A DNA stretch of 64,000 bases from a virus. This document shows positions 56,000 to 64,000 of this stretch, piece by piece (the first letter of the stretch is position 1; every line of letters begins with the position of its first letter). Location of the stretch: IMG/VR virus record IMGVR_UViG_3300036651_001908, positions 32,001 to 96,000 of that record. One strand, written 5' to 3'. The notes below the pieces were generated by a model. The model had not been told where the DNA came from, made no database searches, and was given only the letters and a program-made list of their open reading frames with translations. Made by a program: the position numbers and the translations under genes.

Positions 56000-56547
56000 T
56001 GCGTGGGCTGATCGCACTGGCGAACAGCCGCATGACCATCGTGGATGCCTACCGGCAGTGTGGGCACGACATCTATGAGGCCTACGGCGCCAAGTTGTAC
56101 TGCCCGTGGGGCTTCCTGCACCACGACGGTGGCACCTCCCGCTCCCTGCGGCTGTACCTGGATGACAACTCCTCCTACTGCTTCGCCTGCTCCGAGCGAC
56201 TGGATCCGGTGGGGGTGTACCGGAAGACGCACGACCTCTCGGCCAAGGCTGCGGCCGAGCGGATCCTGGAGGACACCAACTACCGGCCACCGACGCCCGA
56301 GCAGGTGTGGGCGGACGCCCTGGCCTACCACCCGGAGCCAGACCGTACTGCTCTTGCCGCTGCGCTGGAGATGTACTTGACTGACCTCGATCCCGACTTC
56401 GAGGAGCACGCGCTCACCGGGGTGGTCAGCCACTATTACTCCGCGGTGCTGGAACTACTGTCGTCCGTCCATACCGATGAGGACGCTGCGCTCTGGCTGG
56501 CCATGGCCAAGACCGGCATGGCCGGAAAACTTGAAATCAGTGGTTGA
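55999..56547 (+). CDS. primase-type CHC2 zinc-finger protein (no TOPRIM domain)
   Basis: CPWGFLHHD...S......YCFAC; about 182 aa. Confidence 0.75.
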   Translation: MRGLIALANSRMTIVDAYRQCGHDIYEAYGAKLYCPWGFLHHDGGTSRSLRLYLDDNSSYCFACSERLDPVGVYRKTHDLSAKAAAERILEDTNYRPPTPEQVWADALAYHPEPDRTALAAALEMYLTDLDPDFEEHALTGVVSHYYSAVLELLSSVHTDEDAALWLAMAKTGMAGKLEISG

Positions 56548-56572
56548 CAGCGTGGTGTAGAGAGACTATGGT
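56544..56572 (+). promoter_or_regulatory. strong host SigA-type promoter
   Basis: TTGACA-N17-TATGGT. Confidence 0.8.
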
Positions 56573-56611
56573 GTAGATCACAAGGTCACCAAAGATCCTG
56601 AGGAGGACACC

Positions 56612-56851
56612 ATGACCAACAACACCACTCTCCGTCTCGGACAGCCCGTCACCTACACCGACAGCCGCGGCTACCAGAAGGCTGCCTTCGTGGTCGGCAC
56701 CAGCGACTCGGTCCAGCCGGGCCACGACCTGCCCGTGCCCGATGAGGGCCACGCGCACCTCGCCATCTTCTCCCCGACCGGTGCGGTCTACGCCCGGCAC
56801 AACATCCCGGAGGCCGTGGACGCCTTCTCCACTCAGGCCTACACGGTCTGA
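56612..56851 (+). CDS. small hypothetical protein (own promoter and terminator)
   Basis: GAGGAG RBS; hairpin 56863-56898 downstream. Confidence 0.8.
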   Translation: MTNNTTLRLGQPVTYTDSRGYQKAAFVVGTSDSVQPGHDLPVPDEGHAHLAIFSPTGAVYARHNIPEAVDAFSTQAYTV

Positions 56852-56862
56852 GTCCCCAGGCC

Positions 56863-56901
56863 AGCCGCACCCCGCCCCTCGTCCGGCCGGGTGCGGCTTT
56901 C
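56863..56901 (+). terminator. intrinsic terminator
   Basis: AGCCGCACCC...GGGTGCGGCT-TT. Confidence 0.6.
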
Positions 56902-56922
56902 CTATCTACAGGAGCAACCACC

Positions 56923-57402
56923 ATGACTCGCCTCGCACTCATCGACATCGATGGCGTCTTAGCCAACGACTCGCACCGCACGCCGCACGCCATCCTCCGG
57001 GAGTGGGCCGAGTACTTCGACCCCGAACGGATGCTGGCTGACACCGTGTGGCCCGAGGGGCGTGCCCTGGTCCAGCGCTTGTGGCTGAGGAGAACGGAGA
57101 TTGCCTACCTCACTGGGCGTCGGGAGGACCGGCGCGATGTCACAGAGCGGTGGCTGATCAACAACCGCTTCCCCTACGGTCAGTTGTACATGCGCCACCC
57201 CGACATGAAGATGCGCCTGGCTGAACTGAAGGCCTCGATCATCCGGGACATCAAGCAGGCAACACCGACTCTGGACATCGTCCTCTACGACGACGACCCT
57301 GAGGTCATCCGTACCGTCCGTGAGGAGTTCGGGGACGACACCGCGGTGCACTGCACCTGGTACGTCAAGCCGGACGAACTCATCCGCCGCGCTTCCGCGT
57401 GA
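56923..57402 (+). CDS. HAD-superfamily phosphatase (PNK 3'-phosphatase-like)
   Basis: IDIDGVL, LTGR, LYMR, K, YDDD motifs. Confidence 0.85.
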   Translation: MTRLALIDIDGVLANDSHRTPHAILREWAEYFDPERMLADTVWPEGRALVQRLWLRRTEIAYLTGRREDRRDVTERWLINNRFPYGQLYMRHPDMKMRLAELKASIIRDIKQATPTLDIVLYDDDPEVIRTVREEFGDDTAVHCTWYVKPDELIRRASA

Positions 57403-57410
57403 GGAGGTGA

Positions 57411-57608
57411 ATGATGGACATTGCAATCTCAACCTCGCTCACCATCGTCTTCGTGGCGTTCTGCGCGATGCTGGTCGCAGGCTGCGTCTGGGTCGTCGTC
57501 GTGATCGTCACGGCCATCCGGAAGCGTCTCGGCCGGGTCGCCCCGGTCGCCCCTGGTCGGCACCACCTGGACGTGGCATGCGATCCGGTACAGGACTTGA
57601 CGGAGTAA
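57411..57608 (+). CDS. small membrane protein
   Basis: GGAGG RBS; long hydrophobic segment. Confidence 0.7.
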   Translation: MMDIAISTSLTIVFVAFCAMLVAGCVWVVVVIVTAIRKRLGRVAPVAPGRHHLDVACDPVQDLTE

Positions 57609-57625
57609 CCCGTCGCATATATAGT
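57597..57625 (+). promoter_or_regulatory. host SigA-type promoter
   Basis: TTGACG-N17-TATAGT, followed by a hairpin-rich leader (13-bp stem 57703-57738). Confidence 0.7.
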
Positions 57626-57757
57626 TGCCTCAACGTCGCGAGCCGTGGATCCCCCTCCACCGACCCGATGTCCAGGCAGCGATTCTTCACTCTCGCTGCT
57701 ACGGAGCGGCGGGCTCTTCCCCAGTAGCCCGCCGCTCCCCCTGTCACTGGAGACAAA

Positions 57758-58555
57758 ATGGAAATCTTCGGACACACCGCCATCGTCAACTCTCTACGCA
57801 ACGAACTCCCAGCAGTCTCCCTCTTCGTCGGCCCGCGCTCTATAGGCAAGTGGACCTGCGCTGAGGTCATCGCCAAGCACCACGGCATCACGCACGTCCT
57901 CGAAGTGCCCCGGCTCAACGTTGAGACGGCACGAGCGCTGGCCAGCCACAGCCAGGTGGCCACACCGGACGGCAAGGCGCTGGCCATCGTCCGCCTCGGG
58001 GACTACACCGAGGAGCGGGCGCCGCAGAACATCCTGCTGAAGTCTCTAGAGGAGCCCGCCGAGGGCCACCACTTCATCCTCATCTCCCATGACCTGGTCG
58101 CGGAGACCGTCGCCTCTCGCGCGACCCGCTTCGAGTTCGGCTACCTGTCGGTGGCGTCCATCGAGCACGCGCTCCGCCAGCGTGGGCTGCCCGAGCACGA
58201 GGTGACACAGTTCGCGCGCCAGTGCCACGGCCGGGTCGGGGATGCCCTGCACATGGCCGATCTTTTGCAGAAGAAGGCCCTGGTGATCACGGCCATGCGG
58301 GCTATCCAAGAACATGATTCCGAATCTCTAGCCCGGTGCGCCGATGCCTGGACTCCTGCACACACAGAAACGGCGGTGGCATGGTGTTACGAAGCGATCA
58401 TCGGGAGGGACAAGTCCCGCCTGTTCAGCAAGGCGGAATTGGGCGACATGTCCAGGAAGACAGCGACTCGTATCCTGATCGCCCTACGCGACACGCATCG
58501 GCCCCGGCTGGTGGTGAGGGGCTCGCTGCAATCCGTCCTGTCGGCAATGGGCTGA
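57758..58555 (+). CDS. holB: DNA polymerase III delta'-like clamp-loader subunit
   Basis: IFGH, LFVGPRSIGK, NILLKSLEEP, FILIS, TVASR. Confidence 0.8.
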   Translation: MEIFGHTAIVNSLRNELPAVSLFVGPRSIGKWTCAEVIAKHHGITHVLEVPRLNVETARALASHSQVATPDGKALAIVRLGDYTEERAPQNILLKSLEEPAEGHHFILISHDLVAETVASRATRFEFGYLSVASIEHALRQRGLPEHEVTQFARQCHGRVGDALHMADLLQKKALVITAMRAIQEHDSESLARCADAWTPAHTETAVAWCYEAIIGRDKSRLFSKAELGDMSRKTATRILIALRDTHRPRLVVRGSLQSVLSAMG

Positions 58556-58684
58556 CCAAGGCGCACATCGGGATCATCACCCTGTGGTGTCCCGTGTGTC
58601 AGGAGGATGGCGTAGCCTATTCAGTCATGGTGGCGAACGCCTGGATCCGACACCACGACAACCTTCACGCTCTAGAGGACTCCG

Positions 58685-58933
58685 ATGTATCCCGATGACC
58701 TGACCGACATGACTGGGATGCAGGTCATCCTCAGTGAAGCCGTGGGGCGTGACAACGCCATCGTGATGGAGGGTGAACCGTGGTTCAACGCCAAGGTCGC
58801 CATGCACCCGCTGGACTTCTACGAGATGGGTACTCCTCCCGGATCGCTGAAGCGACTGGAGAAGGGGCTCGACTACCTGCTCGCTGAGGCCAACCGGCAA
58901 CTGGATCAACTGGAGGCCCGCCTTGCTGCCTGA
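58685..58933 (+). CDS. hypothetical protein
   Basis: GAGGA RBS; typical codon bias. Confidence 0.7.
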   Translation: MYPDDLTDMTGMQVILSEAVGRDNAIVMEGEPWFNAKVAMHPLDFYEMGTPPGSLKRLEKGLDYLLAEANRQLDQLEARLAA

Positions 58934-59123
58934 GAACCATGAGTACGAAGTGCTCCGCCTGCTGGTGGTCTCCTACCCCTCCACCTGCATCGCGGATGAC
59001 CGGCACCGCATCCGTCCGGGCGACAAGGCTGCCCGGCTCCAGCGTGCGGACAACCCCATGTGGCCGGTGCCTGGGCTGGTCTGCTACAAGTGCGCCAAGG
59101 GCATGCGTAGGGCGGTTGCCTGA
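58923..59123 (+). CDS. small Cys/His protein
   Basis: C...H...CYKC; coupled to next gene. Confidence 0.6.
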   Translation: MLPENHEYEVLRLLVVSYPSTCIADDRHRIRPGDKAARLQRADNPMWPVPGLVCYKCAKGMRRAVA

Positions 59124-60103
59124 TGTCCACGTTTTCGGCCTGGTGGAAGGCCTACCAGGATGGCAAGGGCATCCGGCAGATCACTTACGTCTGCGGCACC
59201 GAGAAGATCCTGGTGGATGAGGTGGTCGGTGGCATCCAGCGCTCGGTGGCCGACGCATGGGGATCCATGAACCTGGCGGTCACCGAGACCAATCAGCGGG
59301 AAATCTGGGAGATGCTGGACCGGCGTCCGATGTTCTACACCAACGCACTCACCGTGCTCTACCACGCGCAGGAACTCCAGGACACCCAGCGGCTGTGGGA
59401 GTGGTGGAAGAACAAGAAGTACAACCCGCACCACTATCTAATTCTTGTTTCTGATCTGGACGCCGCGCCCCGCCAGCAGGTCGGTGACCCGAAGGAGCAC
59501 AAGACCGAGGTCGTCCCCCACCTGCGCTTCGGTGCCGCGGGCTGGCTCATCGAGTGCAAGCCCTTCACTCAAGCCACCACGTCCACCGCCGTCCAGTGGG
59601 TGCGCTCGAAGGTGGAGATGACCGACGCCGTCGCCGGGCACCTGCTCAACCGTGCCGATGGTGACCTCCGGCTGGTGCGGGACGCGACCCAGAAACTCAA
59701 GGTGTTCCCTGGCACCATCACCCAGAGTGTGATCAACGACCTCTTCACCGCCGTGCCCCGTGACTCCTTCGTGGATGCCCTGCTCGCCCTCGACAAGAAG
59801 ACTGCCCTCGCCGCGCTGGAGCGCCTGCCCACCGAGGACTACTCCAGGACGCTGGGCATGCTGGACTCGTCTCTAGAACTGGCGGGGACGGTCCATGACT
59901 TCGAGACGAACAACAAGCCGAGGCTCGAACTGATCAAGGCGGCAGGCAAGAAGGCTTGGCTGCTGCCGGAGGTGGAGAAGGTCGCGAAGCACTACGACCT
60001 GAAGCGGCGCAACCGGACGCGGCAACTGCTGCTCATGGCCGACGAAGCCCTCCAGGGTGGCGAGACCACGGGAGTGTTCGAGTCGCTGGTGGCGCTGTGG
60101 TAA
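59123..60103 (+). CDS. holA: DNA polymerase III delta-like clamp-loader subunit
   Basis: YVCGTEKILVDE, GDLRLVRDATQKL, ITQSVI, FVDALL...KTAL, ADEALQGG: HolA-like layout, 326 aa. Confidence 0.7.
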   Translation: MSTFSAWWKAYQDGKGIRQITYVCGTEKILVDEVVGGIQRSVADAWGSMNLAVTETNQREIWEMLDRRPMFYTNALTVLYHAQELQDTQRLWEWWKNKKYNPHHYLILVSDLDAAPRQQVGDPKEHKTEVVPHLRFGAAGWLIECKPFTQATTSTAVQWVRSKVEMTDAVAGHLLNRADGDLRLVRDATQKLKVFPGTITQSVINDLFTAVPRDSFVDALLALDKKTALAALERLPTEDYSRTLGMLDSSLELAGTVHDFETNNKPRLELIKAAGKKAWLLPEVEKVAKHYDLKRRNRTRQLLLMADEALQGGETTGVFESLVALW

Positions 60104-60309
60104 AGCGCGCCCGCAACTACCGGCTCGGCAAGTGGGGGTACCGAGGGGTGCGCTACCACGAGCACTCGGACCTGTTCCAAGCCCGGTGCTGTGGTGAGGA
60201 GACCTACCACGAGGAGCCCGAGGACGCCGCCCGCGCGTACGATGCCATGGCCAAGAGGCACTTCGGTGACTCCGCCATCCTGAACTTCCCGGAGGAGACC
60301 GATGACTAG
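60097..60309 (+). CDS. stand-alone AP2 DNA-binding domain protein
   Basis: GYRGV...FQAR...EDAARAYDAMAKRHFGDSAILNFP. Confidence 0.8.
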   Translation: MVKRARNYRLGKWGYRGVRYHEHSDLFQARCCGEETYHEEPEDAARAYDAMAKRHFGDSAILNFPEETDD

Positions 60310-62692
60310 GAACTACGCGGCGATTCGGTCAGCCGAAAAGTTTGAGGCCTTCGTGCAGCGCCTTCTCGAAGAGGGCAAGCCGTTCGGGTTCGACATCGAA
60401 TCCGGCTACTCCGGTCCAGACCTGGCAGGAGCAGCGCTGCTGCCCTTCCATCCCCGCTGGATCATGACGGGGTTCTCCTTCACGAACAGTGTCGAATGGG
60501 GCCGTTACGTCCCGGTCGCCCATGACACCGGGCAGAACGTAGACGACCCCCGGCGCACGGCGGCGGCGTTGTGGCGGCTCTTGCAGAGCGGTAAGGGTGT
60601 GGCGCATAACGCTTCCTTTGAATTGTTGGGGCTGTCGCGGTGGTTCCGAGACATGCTCTCGGATGATCCTGAACTCGGCCTGGAAGTACACAAGTCGAAG
60701 GGCACGTTCCCGATCTACAGCGACACGCTCATCGAGGCCTACTGCACCGGGCTGTTCGCTCCGCAGAACACTGGCGGCCCCGGCATCGGCCTGAAGGGGC
60801 TGACCAAGTTCGTCTTCGACCACCAGATGGTGGAGTTCAAGAGTTTGTTCGACAAGTATACGACGAAGGTGAGGTTCAACTCTCTACCGCCCGAGGGTGT
60901 CAACGTCGAATACGCCTGCGAAGACAGTGTGTGGTGCCTGGCCCTGCACCTGAAGCACTACCCGCTGGTGAAGGACTCGTTCATCTTCAAGACCGAGATG
61001 CAGTTGCAGCCGGTGCTGACCGAGATGGAGATGGAAGGCCTGCTTCTCGACTGGGGGAAGATCCACGAGAAGACTGAGGAGGTGCAGCACTTCCGCGACA
61101 GGATGAACGAGGAAATCATGGCCAACCTCTCCGAGCGGATGGGCGAGGTCATCAACTTCAACCTGGCCTCCACCAAGGAACTCGGAAATCTTCTTTTCGA
61201 ACGGCTCGGCCTGCCGATCAAGAACCGTAGCGAGAAGACCGGCGCCGCATCCACGAGCGAGAAGGCGCTGCACGCCATCGCCCAGCGGGATCCCGTCGTC
61301 GCTCGCGTCCTGGAGTACCGCGAGGTCAACAAACTCCTTGGCTCCTACCTCCGCAAGTACGACACCGAACTCAACTACTGCGACTGTGGCCGAGCCCACC
61401 CGAACCACAAGCAGACGGGGGCAGCGACCGGCCGCATGTCGGTGGACCAGGTCTCGTATCAGCAGTGGCCGAAGCCGTACCACTACGAACTTGGTGACGG
61501 CACGACCTTCGACCTGAACTTCCGCGACCTGCTCATCTCCCCGAAGGAGTACCGCATCGTCGGCTACGACTTCAGTCAGGTGGAGTTGCGTGTGCTCGCA
61601 GGGCTGGCCAACGAGACGGCTCTACTCAAGGCCTTCGCGGACGGCACCGACATCCACAAGGCCACGGCCAGCCAGATGATGGGCATCCCGCTCGACCAGG
61701 TCACGAAGAAGCAGCGCGCCCAGGGCAAGACGCTGAACTTCGCGGTGGTCTACGGCTCCGGGCCCGCGAACATCGCTGAACTGCTGACCACCCCCGATGC
61801 CCCGGTCACCACCGAGGACGCTCAGGAACTCCTCTCGAAGTACTTCGCCGCCTTCTCCAACCTCAAGGGCTGGATGGATGAGCAGGTGGAGTTCGGGCGC
61901 AAGAACAAGTACGTGCTCACACCGTTCGGCCGTCGCTTCACCATCTGGGAGTACGACTCCCACAACGGCTGGATCGTCAGCAAGGGTGACCGCATGTGCG
62001 TGAACGCCCCGGTGCAGGGCGGCGCTGCGGATTACATGAAGATCGGCATGGTGCGGGCGCAGCGGGCGATCAAGAAGGCCGGGCTCCAGGAGAAGATCCG
62101 CCTGGTGATGACAGTGCACGACGCCCTGGAGTTCTACGTGCACGAGTCGGTCAGCACGCAGGAGGTCATCGATCTGATCACGCCGCAGGTGTCGTTCAAG
62201 GTGAAGCACCTGCCGAACCTGCCGGAGATTCTGGCCGAATGGCACGAGGGTCCGACGTGGGGCAGCGTGGTGGATGTGCTGCTCGACGCTGAGAAGCACG
62301 TCACCGGCTATGAACTGGATGGGGTGGAGGGGATCTTCGAGACGTGGCAGGAAGTGCTGGCGGCTACCACCGCCGAGCCTGATCCGGTGACCGAGCCCGA
62401 GGAGGAACAGGGAAGTCCCATCCCGGTAGAGTCACATGTCTCTGGATACACCATCTCGATCCCGCGGATGCCTGATGAGCAGCAACTGACATCGTTCCTC
62501 GCTTTCATGAATGAACACCCCGGGTCTCATCCGGTGGTCGTTGCGAGTCCTGCTGGCAACATCACCATGGAGACGAGACATACGCTGCCACCGTTTGCTG
62601 TGACTCAGATCAGTATTCTTCTCGGCGGCGCATCGGTCACTGAGACCAGGGAGAACTCGCTTGAAAATCTTGTTCGGGAGTTGGAACTGTGA
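60302..62692 (+). CDS. polA: family A DNA polymerase (3'-5' exo + pol) with C-terminal extension
   Basis: FDIES, HNASFE, YACED (exo); TGRMS, DFSQVELRVLA, RAQGKTLNFAVVYG, VQGGAAD, VHDAL (pol). Confidence 0.95.
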   Translation: MTRNYAAIRSAEKFEAFVQRLLEEGKPFGFDIESGYSGPDLAGAALLPFHPRWIMTGFSFTNSVEWGRYVPVAHDTGQNVDDPRRTAAALWRLLQSGKGVAHNASFELLGLSRWFRDMLSDDPELGLEVHKSKGTFPIYSDTLIEAYCTGLFAPQNTGGPGIGLKGLTKFVFDHQMVEFKSLFDKYTTKVRFNSLPPEGVNVEYACEDSVWCLALHLKHYPLVKDSFIFKTEMQLQPVLTEMEMEGLLLDWGKIHEKTEEVQHFRDRMNEEIMANLSERMGEVINFNLASTKELGNLLFERLGLPIKNRSEKTGAASTSEKALHAIAQRDPVVARVLEYREVNKLLGSYLRKYDTELNYCDCGRAHPNHKQTGAATGRMSVDQVSYQQWPKPYHYELGDGTTFDLNFRDLLISPKEYRIVGYDFSQVELRVLAGLANETALLKAFADGTDIHKATASQMMGIPLDQVTKKQRAQGKTLNFAVVYGSGPANIAELLTTPDAPVTTEDAQELLSKYFAAFSNLKGWMDEQVEFGRKNKYVLTPFGRRFTIWEYDSHNGWIVSKGDRMCVNAPVQGGAADYMKIGMVRAQRAIKKAGLQEKIRLVMTVHDALEFYVHESVSTQEVIDLITPQVSFKVKHLPNLPEILAEWHEGPTWGSVVDVLLDAEKHVTGYELDGVEGIFETWQEVLAATTAEPDPVTEPEEEQGSPIPVESHVSGYTISIPRMPDEQQLTSFLAFMNEHPGSHPVVVASPAGNITMETRHTLPPFAVTQISILLGGASVTETRENSLENLVRELEL

Positions 62693-63222
62693 TCCCTGAA
62701 CTGGAGAAGTACGACACCCCGCTCGCCGGGGTGGAGCAGCGGATGACCGGCTGGGTGGAGGAGGCGCTGGAACTCCGGCACGGCGCAGCCGAGGATCCGG
62801 ACGGCACCCTCGACGGCATCCTCTTGGTGATCTTTCCCGATGAGGTGATCCACGCCTTGCAACGGGTGCGCGCCCGTTCCGACCGGGTCGATGGGCTGCT
62901 GGCCAACATCACCCGCGCCCGAGGCAGGCTCCGTCGCATGCAGGCCAACGCCAAGTTCGAAGCCGAGCGTGCCTACGCTGAGGCAGCCAGCCGGGGGCTC
63001 ACCCACCGGGTGGACTTCTCCTCCGCCAAGGAGCGGGACAGCAACGCCCGGCTGGATTCTTTTGAACAGGAACGCGTCGCTCACCATGCCGCCCAGGCGG
63101 TGGCCATGGCGGACGAATGCTACGAGGTCATCCGTGACATCTCGTGGCAGTTGAACGGCATGCGCACCGAACTCCGGGCCGTGCTGAACGCCCTCCAGAT
63201 GGAGTCCAGTTTGGAGCGGTAA
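62689..63222 (+). CDS. hypothetical coiled-coil protein
   Basis: GTGA coupling to polA. Confidence 0.75.
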   Translation: MIPELEKYDTPLAGVEQRMTGWVEEALELRHGAAEDPDGTLDGILLVIFPDEVIHALQRVRARSDRVDGLLANITRARGRLRRMQANAKFEAERAYAEAASRGLTHRVDFSSAKERDSNARLDSFEQERVAHHAAQAVAMADECYEVIRDISWQLNGMRTELRAVLNALQMESSLER

Positions 63223-63308
63223 CCTCCTGAGTATTACACGGACGTGTGATAGACTCATCCCCGGCATCAGGATCGTGATGCCACCCACAGAACAAGAAAT
63301 GAGACGAC

Positions 63309-64000
63309 ATGCCTCGCATCGATTTCGCCCCAGAGTTCAAGAAGGCGACGACCAACTACGACTTCCCGAAGTTGAAGTTGAAGAAGGATGAGCAGGCCCG
63401 CATCCTGATCTACGAAGCGCAGCCGATGATGGAGTTCGTTCACACCATCCGTGCTCCGAAGGTCATCATGGGCAAGCCCGTGATGGAGACCAAGTCCCGT
63501 CGCGATGGCACGCAGTACCAGGACTACCAGATGGACTTCCTCTCGAAGCCGATCTGCCTCGGGGACTACAACATCCTCATGGAGAAGGGCAGCGACCCGA
63601 AGAACTGCCCCGTCTGCGCTCTAGCGCACGAGTCCACCGACATGGCCGCGGCACCGCAGCGTCGGTTCGCCATCCACGTGGTGCGGTACAAGACGAAGCA
63701 GGGCACGACGAAGCCCGCCGTCCCCTTCTCGGTGGAACTCGTGGTGTGGTCCTTCACGGACAAGACCTACAACAAGATCGAGGAGTTCCGTGAGGAGTGG
63801 GGCGACCTGCGCCAGCACGACATCGTTCTGAACTGCACCAACGAGCCGTTCCAGTTGTACGACATCAGCATCAGCCCGACGGCTGAGTGGATGCAGGACG
63901 AAGAGCGCATGAAGTTGGTGAAGACCACGTTCAAGGAGAATCAGATCCCCGACCTCTCCATCGCCTGCGGCTCCCGCAAGGAGAAGAAGTGGATCGATGA
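63309..64000 (+). CDS. ssDNA-binding protein, gp32-like (truncated by window edge)
   Basis: Open from ATG 63309: LKLKKDEQARI...H...ICL...CPVC...RRFAIHVV...VWSF...DI; layout like Zn-binding gp32-type SSBs. Confidence 0.65.
   Translation, partial: MPRIDFAPEFKKATTNYDFPKLKLKKDEQARILIYEAQPMMEFVHTIRAPKVIMGKPVMETKSRRDGTQYQDYQMDFLSKPICLGDYNILMEKGSDPKNCPVCALAHESTDMAAAPQRRFAIHVVRYKTKQGTTKPAVPFSVELVVWSFTDKTYNKIEEFREEWGDLRQHDIVLNCTNEPFQLYDISISPTAEWMQDEERMKLVKTTFKENQIPDLSIACGSRKEKKWID

Noticed and set aside
60097-60309. HNH-AP2 homing endonuclease
   Set aside because: Only the AP2 domain is present; no HNH motif upstream.
1-64000. Frequent TCTAG/CTAGAG in a genome type where CTAG is usually rare
   Set aside because: Largely explained by Leu-Glu recoding away from CTCGAG; no positional pattern seen.
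1-64000. Prophage boundaries, integrase or host genes
   Set aside because: All genes fit one phage genome; dnaX/holA/holB/polA are diverged and embedded among phage genes. Lifestyle cannot be determined from this window.

Overview
The window is a continuous segment of a high-GC tailed phage genome, with siphovirus-like gene order and gene content pointing to an actinobacterial host. Almost all genes are on the + strand. Order: DnaX-like clamp-loader ATPase (170-1288); a late/virion region (about 1.6-50.2 kb) with candidate receptor-binding proteins, terminase, portal, MuF-like protein, a 3361-aa multidomain protein, GH25 endolysin, protease/scaffold, decoration and major capsid proteins, neck genes, a GT4 glycosyltransferase, major tail protein, frameshifted tail chaperones, tape measure, tail tip and holins; then a replication/transcription region (50.4-64 kb) with SNF2 helicase, FliA/WhiG-like sigma factor, DnaB, primase-like pieces, HAD phosphatase, HolB- and HolA-like proteins, AP2 protein, family A polymerase and a gp32-like SSB. 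I saw no integrase, tRNA, rRNA or CRISPR array. Main observations: (1) the giant protein has GNAT-like, HipA/PI3-4-kinase-like and possibly ART-like domains and hides a nested +1-frame gene with its own RBS and codon bias; (2) a sigma28-like late promoter motif (NYCGATDGT) precedes late genes, matching the phage-encoded sigma; (3) an AT-rich 10-mer AAATCTTSTT is scattered through coding regions; (4) a full gamma/delta/delta' clamp loader co-occurs with a Pol A carrying a DnaE-like C-terminal domain; (5) systematic avoidance of AGCT and several 6-bp sites. All protein assignments come from motif recognition by eye; no searches were run.
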